Assembly (NCBI GenBank): GCA_034780895.1
Contig: JAUZTB010000118.1
Coordinates: forward strand, 69,593,974-69,657,973
Length of the DNA stretch: 64,000 bases
From: Rhynchobatus australiae
Taxonomy: Eukaryota
Reading direction: 5' to 3'
Position 1 is the stretch's first letter, and every line of letters begins with the position of its first letter. Positions 1 through 12,425 of this stretch are shown here, in pieces. The position numbers were made by a program, and so were the translations under genes. The notes under the pieces were generated by a model. That model saw nothing but the letters and a program-made list of their open reading frames with translations. It was not told the origin of the DNA and did no database searches.

Positions 1-507
1 TATGCCTCTTATCATCTTGTACACCTCTTTCAAGTCACCTCTCATCCTCCTTCTCTCCAAAAAGAAAAGCCTTAGCTCGCTCAACCTATCCTCATAAGAT
101 ATGCTCTCCAATCCAGGCAGCATTCTGGTAAATGTCCTCTGCACCCTCTCCAGAGCTTCCACATCCTTACCATAATGAGGTGACCAGAACGGAACACAAT
201 ACTCCCAAGTGCAGTCTAATCGGAGTTTTGTAGAGTTGCAACATTAACTCACGGCTCTTGGACTTAATACCCCGACTAATGAAGGATAACACACCATATG
301 CCTTCTTAACAACCCTATTAACCTGCAAGGCAACCTTGAGGGATCTATGGACATGGACCCCAAGATCCCTCTGTTCCTCCACACTGCTAAGAGTCCTGCC
401 ATTAACATTATATTCTGCCTTCAACTGCAATCTTCCAAAATGTATAACTTCACGCTTTTCTGGGTTGAACTCCATCTGTCACTTCTCAGCCCAGCTCTGC
501 AACCTAT
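1..507 (-). mobile_element. CR1 LINE fragment (RT C-terminal part)
   Basis: ORF 167-475 reads MEFNPEKREVIHFG...EEQRDLGVHVHRSLKV...KKAYGVLSFISRGI, typical of CR1 ORF2. Confidence 0.92.
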
Positions 508-602
508 CACGGCGAGAACGTACAAACTCCTGACAGACAGCAGCAGAATTGAACCTGGGTCGTTGGTGCTGCAATAGCATTACGCTAACCTCTACACCAC
601 CA
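508..602 (-). mobile_element. tRNA-derived SINE 5' part
   Basis: Minus strand shows an A box (tggtgtagaggttagcg) and a B box (ccaggttcaattc), then gagtttgtacgttctc. Confidence 0.75.
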
Positions 603-619
603 TTCATGAAGGATAATAC

Positions 620-1020
620 AGGCTGCTTACTTGTCACCTCATCAACCACCCTAAACATTCATTCTCTTCACCACCAGTGCACAGTGGCTGCAGCGTGGAC
701 CATTGACAAAAAACAATTACTCACCCGAAGTACTCCAACAGCACGTCCCAACCCCGTGATCTCACCCAAGACAAAGGGCAGCAGGTGCATGGGAACACCA
801 CCAAGTGTAGATTTCTCTCCAAGTCANNNNNNNNNNGCGGTCTTTCATCATTGCTGAGTCTAAATTCTGGAACTCTCTACCCAACAGCACAGTGGGAGTA
901 GCTTCATCAGAATGACAGCAGCTATTCAAAAAGATAGCTCACTTCTATCTTCTCAATGGCCATTAGGGATGAACAGTAAATGTTGGCCTTGCCAGTGACA
1001 TCCAAATGAATTTTAAAAAA
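620..1020 (+). mobile_element. L2/CR1-group LINE 3' end
   Basis: Ends in cattagggatgaacagtaaatgttggccttgccagtgacatcc. The same tail recurs at about 50500-50680, 52685-52970 and, inverted, 43200-43275. Confidence 0.7.
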
Positions 1021-1539
1021 GCTTGTGGCAATAATCCAAAGATTGTTCTCCTTGAAGTCCTATTTTTTAATTTTGCTTTTAACTCGGGATATTTTNNNNN
1101 NNNNCTTTTCCCTGCTCCCAATTCTACTGCTTTCTCTGGCATTGAATCTGATATCTGGATTTTCCTTCCTTTCCAAGTTCTTCTCCAGCTGTCTTGTGAT
1201 CTTCCTCACCTGTTCATGGGAAGAGAGAAATCTACCTCTCCCCTGATTAGACAACTATCCTATCATTATCACTTTTTTACTCTTTTAACTCCTCCATCCA
1301 TTGACCAACTTCCTGAGCCATGATGTCTGGGTCTCTCTCCATTGTGCTCATCCATCCTCCTGCCTTTCTCCTTGACCTCCAGAGAGCAAGTACAATACAC
1401 CTACTGAAAAGGGCCAGTGAGTCCAGGCTTGCCTTTTCAATCTCTCCTAAGTCATTGTCATCTGGCTCTTTGACAACCCATCTCTACCTCTCCCTAAATT
1501 TCTACATCCGTCCAGGGTATCACTTTGTGCTGGATATTT

Positions 1540-1706
1540 CATAGAGTCATACAGCATGGAAATGGGCCCTTCAGCCCAAATGGCCCATGCTGACCAAGAT
1601 TCCCATCTCAGCTAGTCCCAATTGCCTGCATTTGGCCTATGTGCATCTATTCCTTTCATATTCATGTACCTGTCCAAGTATCTTTTAAATGTTGCTAATG
1701 TATCTT
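1540..1706 (-). mobile_element. CR1 3' end fragment
   Basis: catagagtcatacagcatggaaatgggcccttcagccc... matches the CR1 tail seen at 28755 and 56990. Confidence 0.8.
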
Positions 1707-1989
1707 CATAAGAGAGGGGAATGTTAATTCATCCCCCTCTCTCACCTTTAATTGTGTCTCTAACTTGTTCTGAGCAAGGATGAATGAAGATAGAGACACT
1801 TATGATACATGTGGAAATCTGAAGCTGCCTTCTTGTTGTTCGGTCATTCACACTGCAGTGTTGACACATATCCTGCCTTGTCATTGTTGGTCAATTTTAT
1901 TTTTTGATTTACTGATAGTCTGAATTAAAGTTATGAATTTGACTTTTGTTAAAATTTACTTTCTTTTAACCCTTCTAATTTATTCACCC

Positions 1990-2400
1990 TCAGATTTCTT
2001 CCTCTCTGGTTGGTGTGAAGACACTTGGCTGTCACAGGTTTCTCCACTTCAACAACCATGGCAATACTTTTGCAACTTTACTCAGACTTTGTCTTCCATT
2101 CTGCGGGACTACAAGATTTCTCCAGCCCTCAAATTGTCCACTCTTCTCTCATCCAGTCCCGCCATTAATCTCTATAAATCAGAACGAGGCTGAGTGGTCA
2201 CAGCTTCATCCTCAGCCGCAAGGTCCTGCACTCCATCACATCCTCCCTAAGCTCCATCGGCATTTCATGTCCAAACAATTTGATATAAAGATTCTCACCG
2301 TTACTTTCGAATCTCACAGCCTCACTTGCTATAAGTAAATTACTCCAGTCTTATGTGCCACCATAGACTCTTTCTTCACCTGCCACATTCCTAGTCTTTG
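1990..2400 (+). mobile_element. Degenerate L2 LINE 3' region
   Basis: Decayed ...LPKLHRHFMSKQFDIKILTVTFESH resembles the L2 ORF2 motif LHWLPV..RI.FKIL. Confidence 0.55.
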
Positions 2401-2419
2401 GAACTCTGGGAGTGTAGTT

Positions 2420-2500
2420 TGATGGGTGGCACAACACAGTGGGCCGAAGGGCCTGTATTGTGCTGTATTGTTCTATGGTTCTATGTTTCTATGGTTCTAT
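2420..2500 (+). mobile_element. CR1 3' tail with (TTCTATG)-like microsatellite
   Basis: gggccgaagggcctgtattgtgctgtattgttctatggttctatgtttctatggttctat. Confidence 0.75.
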
Positions 2501-4384
2501 TTGCTCTCTGGGACCTATCTTGCAGCATCTACATTCAAAAGCTGCTCAGAACTCAGTAGATTTTGCCTTCAGACCTTGTCCTAACTTCTTTTCAGAATCC
2601 TTGTTCTTTTTCTTCCTAATGCTTTGAAGTACCAGAGATACTGTAAAAAGGGAGATTCTAAGCCCATTGCTGTGTATTTCACAGTCTAGATCTATTCTTT
2701 GTCCTTCTCATTGTGTGTTGTTAGATTTGATTCCTATAAGTTTTGGAAATTAATTGGTTCAGTTTTGTAATGTGTTGCATCATATGCATACATACTAGCT
2801 GTGTTGTACTGCATTTATGTAAGTCATTATGAAACACTTATGACATTTTGCAATGTAAGATTTAGGCTAAATGTTTATTACCATATTATGTTTATATATG
2901 TAACCCACTTGCAAAATATAATCCTCTAATGTTGTACAATAATGTTGTATTAGTTTACTCAGTGGTTGAGTTAAGAATTTATCCTTCCTCAGAATTTGAC
3001 ATTTATATTTCTTTAGACCTAGCAATTCATCATGACTCTGGCAGCAACTTAATGAGTGTGTGACTATAGAACTTATCCTGTGGATGAAAGTCTATTGAAT
3101 GTCTGAAATGTTGTTGCTGCCCACAAAAAAATGCACAGAGAGCTTACTTAGACTTGGGTCAGCCACTGAAAAAGAAATCTGTTTATTTTTAGGCAGATGT
3201 AAAAATAATAAAAAGCAGAAACAAAAAGAAAGTTTCAAAGGAAAACATGTGCCTAGCTGACTAAACAAAGCCTGATCTCAGAACACATCTCTTTCTGAGA
3301 ATTGGCTAATAAGCAGCTTCAGTCTGGAAGCTGATTAGGTAAGTGTGAACATTACGTTATTCACTTTTCGAAGTAATCAATAATTGTAATAATTAAAATT
3401 GATAGCTGCAAATAACTTGGCATGAATCCACTACTAGAATACAGATTGCATATTAGCTTCAGAAATATAGGCAGTAGTGTGGAACACTTATTCGCCAATT
3501 TGGTTTTAGCTGTGCACAAATTGCTTTAGCAGTATCCAGCTGATTTAGACCCTTGCCTGGAGGTGCACTAGATTAATTGGTAGCTACACATTCATTGCTT
3601 GCAGAATGGACTCTGTAATTGGGGAAATTTGTTAATGCCAGTTATAAAATAGCAATACAGTTCAGTTTTCCTGATAGCATTTCATTAGAGAAATCTGATA
3701 TTTCACAGGCAAATAACATTGTCTTTAGGTTTTTAAATCCATTATTGTGACATTCTATCTTTTAATTTCACACATATTTTCATTAACTTTTTGGGGTACT
3801 TATAACATTATGGGCATGAAAAATTAAGCAATGATGGTTCAATATTGAGACTTCAAGGGTTAGTGTAACACCTAGTATTGAGCTGATAAGAGCAGGAAGG
3901 TCTCAAATTTGACATACAGTCTTATGCAGAGTGAATTAACTGATCTCAGCCAATCCTTTGGCTAATCATGCAGCACTACACCACATGTGCATTTATCCTT
4001 GGAGCTATCTGTAACTACACACCAGCCAGACTGCTTTTATCATGATGAAGTATTCTGTGTAGATGACCAATGTTGGCTTATTTCAAAGCTGTTACAATAT
4101 CTTGCTCATAAAAGCACAATTTTGAATCCATTTGCCTGTTTGTAAATGTCAGAATTGAGGCTACTGCGTTGAACAGCCAACGGCCGAAAAATCTCCTAAT
4201 AAAGACCAGAACACCTTTTTCTTCATATAATTATGAAGGCTGCAAGAAAGTTATGAGAGCGTATGATTTGTGAAAATATCACTTAATTAGTAGACCATTA
4301 ATTACAAGAATAAAAGCATTCATTGGAGGATTTCACTCCCCTCTGGTGACTGCTAGAATATGGTTCTATTAGAATAAGAAAAAA

Positions 4385-5360
4385 AATATCATCTGTAGAG
4401 CTGGACACTTAGGAAAGATCTATAGTAATGAAACCAGTTTTCCACACTTCGACACCATGAGTGAACAATATATCATTGGCCATGTCAAGACCAGCAGAGA
4501 TTTCTAAGTACCTCCAGAAGAGAAACTGACCAGACAATTTGTGAGTGAGTCATGATCAACCTTACGAGTGGAGATATTTATCACCGCATACTGGCCCCAA
4601 CATATTCTATTTATACCAACATGGTTTGGAGATCACATAAAAAATACAGACCAGAAATAGAGAACAGAGAAAATAAACCTCTCCACACTTTCTAGACTGC
4701 ACATGTGATATAAAAAGAAGCTGCAAAGTTCGGACAGTCAGTAGCTCAGTTAAGAGATACAAAATAGTCACACTCTAGGATAGTAATGTAGGGATCGTGA
4801 CTCCAGAAGGATGTAATATCCCTCTTCCATTCTAGCGCAGAGTTGATCATACGAGCTAAACTTTTGTAGGAGTTGTTGAGAGCAAGTAGGGATCAGAATT
4901 TCTGACACTCCCTACTATGGATATGACAATTAGATAGAGAATTACCATAGATGTTCTAGGTAAAGGTATCACTAGAGGAACAGTTGGGTGGATTGCACAC
5001 TCCTGGAGAATGCAGGCAAAATGGGATTTCATATATTGTACACTCACCAAAATTATAAAATAAATAGCTTGTGGAAAAAAAAATCACTGCATTTAAAAAA
5101 CTTTTAACAATAGCCAATATCATGATCTGCAAGGTGTAGCTAATTATAAAAACTGATCTTCCCTCCCCACACCTAAATTATCCAATACGAGTTTTTGCAC
5201 CAACATTCAATACAGCTAAGTTAGAGTAGCCTTTGTATATCATTATGAACATTAATTCAGTTACTAAAGAGTAGAAAGTGCTGAAGAATTTTAACATTCT
5301 AAACCACACCATGTTGTATGGAGTTACTAATGTACCAAATGGATTCAGAACAGATCTGGC
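4385..5360 (+). mobile_element. Highly decayed Ty3/Gypsy gag-pol remnant (tentative)
   Basis: Colinear decayed motifs: IICRAGHLGKI (about 4388), DTG-like (about 4587), LDREL..M (about 4930) and MLYGVTNVPNGFR (5311-5349), which resembles MPFGLTNAPATFQ. Confidence 0.4.
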
Positions 5361-5389
5361 AGCTCGAAAACTGGGCATTCACAAGGGAC

Positions 5390-6300
5390 TGTGGACCATC
5401 AAGAGCAGCAGAAATGTACACTGCCATAATCTATAATCCCATGGCTCAGCATATTGCTCACACTCCACTACTCTCAAACCAGGGAATCAACCCTAGTTCA
5501 ATGAGGAGTGCAGGAGGGCATGCAGGAAGTAGAACCAGATATATCTAAAAATGATGAGGTTCCAGCCTAGTTAGGCACAATGCAGGACTACTTGTGTGCT
5601 GAACAATAAAATCAGCATGCAACAGAGCTGAAGGATCAAATAATCAAAGGATTAGGTCAAAGCTCTGCTATCTACAATGTCCAGCCTTGAGTGGTAATGG
5701 ACAATCAATCAGCTAACTGGTAAAGGAGGCTCCAAGAGATTTCCCCTTCTCAATGAAGGTGGGTGCTAAAAACAAGGCTGAAGCATTCACAACCATAACC
5801 AGCTGGAAGTGACGAATAGCTGATCCATCTTGGAGAGATAAGAAACTACAGCTGTTGGAATTGAGAGCAATAGAAAACCCAAACTGCTGGAGGAATTCAG
5901 CAGGTCAAGCAGCATCTGCGGGTGCAAAGGGATGGTTGACATTTCCGGTCAAGACCTTGCATCAGGCCATCTTGGCTTATTCCTGAGATAGCCACCATCA
6001 TGAAGGCAGTCTCCAGTTAATTTGTTTCTCTCCATGTGATATCAAGAAATGGCTGGAAGCACCAGATACAAAAAGGCCATGGAACCAGACAACATCTGAG
6101 GATCTGTCTTCAAGAACCAACTGCACTTTCCAGTTCACTTACAACAGTAGCATCAACTTGACAATGAGGAAAATTGCCCAAGTAGACATTATTCACAAAA
6201 TGTGGCACAAATCCAATCCAATTTAACACACAACCGGTCTACTCTGATTTATTAGCATTGTAATGAAAGCCATCCTATCAAGTGGCACTTACTCACAAAA
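5390..6300 (+). mobile_element. L2/CR1-group LINE ORF2 fragment with a nested short element
   Basis: Recalled similarity to a common chondrichthyan LINE (ggtcaaagctctgc...gagtggtaatggacaatcaatcagctaactgg; gatacaaaaaaggccatggaaccagacaacatc). Confidence 0.65.
5834..5966 (-). mobile_element. Short Penelope-like element with hammerhead-like end; 9-bp TSD
   Basis: TSD ccatcttgg at 5825-5833 and 5967-5975. Body ctgctggaggaattcagcaggtcaagcagcatctg is shared with the other copies. Confidence 0.75.
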
Positions 6301-6764
6301 CCCCCCCCAAAGAAAACAGGTGATATCAATAGAAAAGAGACCTTAAAAGTTAACTGTTTCAATGTCCCCCAGCTTTTGCTTGACCAGCTGAATGTTTCCA
6401 ACATTTTTTGTTTTTATTCCAGCATTTTCTGTTCGTTTGAGATTTCCAAATCTGCAATTTTTTTGTATTTTGACTTACCAAGTGGGTCATTTTGTTTTGC
6501 TTTACAGGAGACATTGACCTCTTAAAGGGACATGGATTCCACCAAAAGTAGCCATCCATTACTACATGACCGAGGCTGGAATTCCTTATATTTAACTCAG
6601 GAGATTGGAACTTGCCAGCCGTTTTACCACGATAGGTATCACTGTTGCAATCGATCCTAACCTGACCCAACATCTGTACACTTTCACTTAAGCAGGAGTG
6701 ACTGGTAACATTCAGGACTGAATTCCACTGGAAGACTTATCTACTGACTGAAACTGGTGTCAAA

Positions 6765-7300
6765 TGTGGCTCAGTTAGTAGCTTTTTCTGCATGAGTCAG
6801 AATCTTGAGGGTAAAAATTTCAAGAACCAAGCACAAAATCAATGTGCAGCATTGAGGGAATGTGTCTACACTTTGACCTCCTTCATTGACTGTCAAGTAG
6901 TTTAGGAAGTCCTGCTGTGGTGAATGGAATCAAGTTTTTTTTTCTTTCTGAATGACTCAGTGCCTGCTGCTATAAGCTTGAAGAATAGGTGTTGTCTTCA
7001 GATGAGATATCCGGATGAACCTGTCTCAATGGAGGTAATAGAACCCATGGCAATATTTCAAAGGACAGGGATGCTCTCTAGTGTTCTGGGGAATATTAAT
7101 CTTTCAACTAACATAACCAAAAAAAGAAATTATCTGATTATCACTACATTGTTGTTTTGAAGACACAGTGGAGTGCAAATTTGCTGCTGTATTTCCCTAC
7201 ACTTGAAGTGCCCACCCTTCAACATCTTTCACTGGCTATAATGTATTTTAGGATGTCCTGCTGTGGTGAATGGCATTAATTTCTTCTGCTTCCTTCTGAA
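6765..7300 (+). mobile_element. Deu-domain type SINE (SacSINE1/AmnSINE-like)
   Basis: tRNA-like head gtggctcagttagtagc, core cccatggcaatatttcaaagg...gcaaatttgctgctgtatttccctaca, tail ggatgtcctg. Related copies at 28330-28480, 30920-31410 and 35290-35580. Confidence 0.65.
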
Positions 7301-8579
7301 CGACACAGTTCCTGACTTTAACCCAAAATAGGTTTTGATGAAATTAATGTAATAATAATTGTCAATATATCCAGTAAACACCAAGTTACATAATCAGCAA
7401 CCTGCAAGTAAACATGCCCCAGCAGTTAGTTATGCTATGGTTAAACCGCTCAACATATGTGACAGGAATAAATTTCAGAATAGCTCATAGTAATGGGGCT
7501 CAACAATATTCAGATCTGGTGTAACCATGAGCAATTGGCTGTTTTTTAATATTCTAAAATACCAGACTATAAAAGAAAAGTTAATGGTTTTTATGGTACG
7601 TGGACATCAATGAGGCTGTGCCCATTGTTCAGTTAATTTAATCTGTCAGTACGTCTTACATGAAGAATTACGTGCCGACTTGATGGAATGCTGAAAGCTT
7701 CACCAAAGTCTTAATTTAAAATGAACAGTACTGTTATTGTCAGCAGTTCCAGGCATGGATAACTGATGATGTATTTAACTCTGGCTTCAATTCTGCATAT
7801 ATAAATAACACAGCAGCTCAAGGTTTAACCCAGCAAAGATAATTAACAAAAATCAATACTGAGAGCTCTTGTCACTGTTTCTTCCAATCTACATGATACA
7901 TCAGAGGAAATGGCATTGCACATTCAAACAAATGCAGGTTTTAGAAAATAATACTACATTGATTGCTGTAAATGCAATTAGTTTAAACTTCTTTCAGCAC
8001 ATATTAAATCAAAGAGTAAGACTTATCTTATGCTGAAGAAGAAAAAAGAACAGATTAGCAACACACACAAAATGCTGGAGGAACTCAGCAGATAAATTAG
8101 ACTGGTTTGGTCTATTTCCTTTTCCATAATATTGATCTAACAAGCCTCTCACATTTTTGCAGCACTGATACAATTCTCTCTGCCTTCACCCTTGGGTCTG
8201 ATATTAACATTAATCCTGCGCAAACAAGGTCTAGAATGACAAGGGACTTCACCTTTGGAGAACTGCACTATTTATCTCTTGGTAACAAGGAGACACCATG
8301 CATCAGGACAATATCAGGGTGCTGCTGACCATTCTGGGCAACACATTAGCTGCAATGGAAGGTCTGAGGAAGATGGAGTTGTGACACTTCAAAGAAAGGC
8401 TGTAAAATGTGAACTTGAACTATGCAACTATTAATTTACTCTTGGTGCAAATACAGACACAGAACAGACAGCATGCTGCTATTTTCTATACCCCCAATCC
8501 CATTGTTACATTTCCTATCATGTAGGGAAATGCAGGTGTTGCTGTAACATTAAAATGTTGCATAAGAAAAGACTCAACA

Positions 8580-9489
8580 CAAATACCAAAAACATTTTTT
8601 TTATTCTGATTGCCGAATTATTTAAGGCAAGTATAAAAAATGAAAGCATTCAATATACACTTTACATAAAATAAACTAGATTACAGCATAAAATAAGTAA
8701 CCAGGCAACTGCGCAAATTCTTCCTAAATCTGGATAATTGTAAACATTTAAAACTGCCAAACTAGTTCAAGTAATAAACAATCACAGATGTCTTCTTGTA
8801 TGGGTGGGTGGAAGGGGTTATGTAGGCTATGGGGTAATCAGCCATTCAATATCATAAAGACATTTTATATTCACAGATGCTCATTATTTTCCATTTCAAA
8901 CCTATACACTATATACACAATCTAATGACCCTCAGAGCCCTCTGCCTGTATAATCTTCACAATAAACAACAATGCAGTGGACATGTGAATACAGTTAGCA
9001 CACAGATGCATTTAAATAGTGTTTTCAAGGAGCCACCAAGTACACGTATACACTGTACCGAAGTGTCACTGTCACAGTTAGCCTTTCCGAGGGTCTACAG
9101 AGTCTGTCAAAATGTCACACACAGTTCGAGGAAACATCTACCCAGAACAGTATGCTCTATAAAACCAAGCAATTGTTGTCTTTTATTGATAACACTTTCA
9201 GGAAACAGAAACGTACTGTGACAATTGCCAACAATAACCGACCCTGCCGTTGTGAGCCTGGTTACCAATACAAAAAAAACAAAAGGTAAAGAATATATTT
9301 CAACAAAAGTTTAATTACAGCAACATTTGTAACTCAGTTATAAAATTTGCAATTTACAAATATGAAATGACTGGTTTTGCCTGACATCAAGGCATTTGAA
9401 TTCAACACCATGGAACTGATGTCTGTATAAACCTCTTCTTCATGTGATCCAGTCACATGAGTATAATTCAATATACACTCACGATGCCA
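8580..9489 (-). other. ZNF608: ZNF608 3' UTR (about 0.9 kb)
   Basis: Repeat-free, U-rich (minus strand) sequence between the stop codon and the AATAAA. The exact end is approximate. Confidence 0.75.
8600..8605 (-). terminator. Polyadenylation signal AATAAA
   Basis: tttatt on the plus strand, followed on the minus strand by a GU/U-rich tract (gtttttggtatttgtgttgagtctttt). Confidence 0.7.
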
Positions 9490-9496
9490 TCACTCC
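9490..9496 (-). CDS. ZNF608: ZNF608 last exon, coding part (completes R, then E, stop)
   Basis: Polypyrimidine tract and acceptor cttttgtcttgctctttggcag|G GAG TGA give the C-terminus QRRE*, as recalled for mammalian ZNF608. Confidence 0.88.
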
Positions 9497-10055
9497 CTGC
9501 CAAAGAGCAAGACAAAAGGTTAGAAGGGATTACAATCAGACCAGTAGTCCCTTTAGGGAGCAATGAATAGACCACAGGTAGAATTAGTTACTCTGACTTA
9601 GGGTAATGAGTGCTGAAATAGGTGACTGGCACCCTATTTGCATTTGTAAAAGGCTAAAACATTTTGAACATGAATTATGAAAGTCTACATTTATGTTATC
9701 AGCAATATGTTGAGTGAAGTAGAGTATAGAACATGCCATACATGTTTGCAGCCAATNNNNNNNNNNNNNNNNNNNNNNNNNNNNNNNNNNNNNNNNNNNN
9801 NNNNNNNNNNNNNNNNNNNNNNNNNNNNNNNNNNNNNNNNNNNNNNNNNNNNNNNNNNNNNNNNNNNNNNNNNNNNNNNNNNNNNNNNNNNNNNNNNNNN
9901 NNNNNNNNNNNNNNNNNNNNNNNNNNNNNNNNNNNNNNNNNNNNNNNNNNNNNNNNNNNNNNNNNNNNNNNNNNNNNNNNNNNNNNNNNNNNNNNNNNNN
10001 NNNNNNNNNNNNNNNNGCTGTATAAATAAAAATTGTTTTAAAGTATATACCTCAC

Positions 10056-10137
10056 CTTCTCTGTGTCGGGAAAATGGCAGATGCAGAAGCTTGCGCAGCC
10101 ACCTGCTGACCGGCAACAATGGCAGCGGATGTCAGCC
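10056..10137 (-). CDS. ZNF608: ZNF608 penultimate exon (G)LTSAAIVAGQQVAAQASASAIFPTQR(R)
   Basis: Acceptor tgttgcag|GG and donor AGAAG|gtgagg. 82 nt, phase 1 to 2. Confidence 0.93.
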
Positions 10138-11049
10138 CTGCAACAAAATTTAAGAGAATTCGGAATTAGCGGAACATGCAGTCAACGTATCCCGGAACTG
10201 ATGAAACTTGTAACTCTGACTGCAAAAAAATGGAACCCAATTGAGGATTTCCTAAACTAAATAACTGTTTAATTGTACCTTCTGAATAAAAGAACAGTGG
10301 CAGGATAGTGATTGTATTGTCTGGAATTCTAAAAGGTACAAGTCTCATGTGTGTATCCAAAACAGATCCACCCTGAATGAATATCCATGGACTGAAAGCC
10401 ACCAGCTCTGCCCAAAATTTTCATGGTATGTGTTCTTGGCTTTGGACTGGGGCTTCAAATCAGGCACATCCAATGAGTCCACGCTTCTGGATTTAAAGAT
10501 ACTCCTGCAGTTTTTAAGTCAAACCAGTCTGAAGTTATATTGTCATTTATGTTTTACATTATCTTACCAATTTCTCTTCTCTACCTTTTCTCCAGAAAGA
10601 GCTGGAGCACTGTACCATGGATGCTAGTCATCCTCCAATAACTTGCCCAGATGCCATCAGGAAGCAGAAACACACTTCAAAACCAAATTGAGAGTAGGAT
10701 GACTTTTAACCACCATTTTGGCTCAGCTTAAGCTGAAAGCAATCAAAAACCCAAGATGTAAAATGCCAAGAACATAATTGGACATTTGCCATGAGCCCTG
10801 AGTCAAGATCACACTTGCTGCCCACTGCCTGTTGTGCCATACAACAGGAAAGCTGGGATCAGAAACCCAATGCATTAAAAAGCAAAAAAACCCACATTCT
10901 CTATTGCAACAGCTCATCTTATAGTGAGGTTCTGAAAGAACAACTTAAGAATCATATGGAAGTAAGTTAAAAGAATTGTTGTAGGAATTATTTCTCATAG
11001 TCAACTTGACATAAAGTTAAAAGGACAACAGTAGAAAGTTAAGAAAAGC

Positions 11050-11190
11050 AAAAGAAAACTGCAGATGCTGGAAATCAAAAATAAATCCATCTAATGAAGG
11101 GTCATCAAACTGAAGTGTTAACCCTGCTTCTTTCTCCAATGATGCTGCCTGATTTATTAAGTATTTCCAGCATTTTCTGCTGTTATTACA
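11050..11190. mobile_element. Short Penelope-like element copy (degenerate)
   Basis: aactgcagatgctggaaatc...ctaatgaagggtcatc...gatgctgcctg...ttccagcattttctg. Confidence 0.6.
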
Positions 11191-11310
11191 ATAGAAACCA
11201 TATGCTTAACTTATGACAATTGAGTTAGTACGTTCATCGATAGTATATTTCTCACACAATAATTTTATCTCCGTCAAAATGAAGAATTAGTGGCTTAGTT
11301 AGGTGAATAC

Positions 11311-11470
11311 CTTGATATGGGTCATATTGGCCTGGTATTAGTGGATAGCCCATTCCGACATGGGTGTGGTGATGGGTGTGAACATGTCGTTGTGCAAAAG
11401 GTGAATGGCGTTCTCTTTCTCGCTCTCGCTCAGCTTCCCTTTCACGTTCAGGTGGAGCCTTTTCAGTAGG
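11311..11470 (-). CDS. ZNF608: ZNF608 coding exon [53 protein letters not shown](G)
   Basis: Acceptor tttctctag|CCT and donor CAAG|gtattc. 160 nt, phase 0 to 1. Contains the HTHHHTH motif of the family. Confidence 0.96.
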
Positions 11471-12196
11471 CTAGAGAAAGAAAATATTGCACCAATTCAG
11501 AAAATGTATGGTTCTGTAGAATTGATTACTCAGAATATAAATTACCACTTCCAACTCATTGGGCTAAATATTTAGATCACATACATAAATCAAGATGCAC
11601 AATTTAACATTTTCTGCTCATGCCATTGGAATAAGAATAAACTGAAAAAAAGGAATCAGAAACCCTTTTTCTGAACAAAACCCTTTTGAAGAAAAATCAA
11701 AAAAGAATCAGTTTTATTCAAGTGAAATGATAAAAGGTGGCACACATTTTTGGAATACTTGTCTATGATTTACTACGCATATTAAATTAAAAAAACGAGT
11801 CCGTGCTGCGCATTTTAAACCCCAAATTAACCTACCCGTATGTCTTTAGAATGTGGGAGGAAACCGGAGCACCCGGAGGAAACCNNNNNNNNNNNNNNNN
11901 NNNNNNNNNNNNNNNNNNNNNNNNNNNNNNNNNNNNNNNNNNNNNNNNNNNNNNNNNNNNNNNNNNNNNNNNNNNNNNNNNNNNNNNNNNNNNTGCAAAA
12001 TTGGCCAAAATCAATTTTGAAATAGTATCAGAGTTTACATCCAGAATTAAGTGCGAGTATTTGACCTGCGCTGTTCGTGATGGAATCAGGCCCAAATCAG
12101 TGCAGCTGGCAACACTCTGTTGCATAGCAATCACAGAAGGGCATCAGCCCTTAAAGGCACCTTCTTTGTGGCAACCAAGCAGCAGCTGCACACAAG

Positions 12197-12425
12197 ATGG
12201 CTGCCATAGAGAAAATGTGATTCCCTGAAAGGGGAATTGAAGTCCTTATAGCAGAGGTGCATGGCAGGAGGGACGCTGTGTGCATCAGGGGAAGGCAGGA
12301 GACCCACTTGGCCATTCGTTAGAAGAACTCGGCAAGAGGTGTCTCAAGATGTCTGCTCCAGAAAATCCTAAGTCATGGAGCAAATTTGCCAGAAACTTTA
12401 CAACCTTACAGGATACGTCAAAAAG
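12197..12425 (+). pseudogene. Myb/SANT-like (trihelix) domain remnant, Harbinger accessory ORF
   Basis: FPERGIEVLIAEVHGRRDAV...RQEVSQDV...PKSWSKFARNFTTL across frameshifts, resembling FS..ELEVL..EV..RR..L...W.EVA..V....R.W.QCRKKFNDL. Confidence 0.6.

Noticed and set aside
508-602. tRNA gene
   Set aside because: A and B boxes are present but there is no cloverleaf, and it continues into a SINE body seen elsewhere in the window.
9677-10153. ORFs spanning N runs (also at 11.8, 16.3-16.9, 18.5, 35.9, 49.6 and 55.3-55.9 kb)
   Set aside because: Their length comes from untranslatable N gaps.
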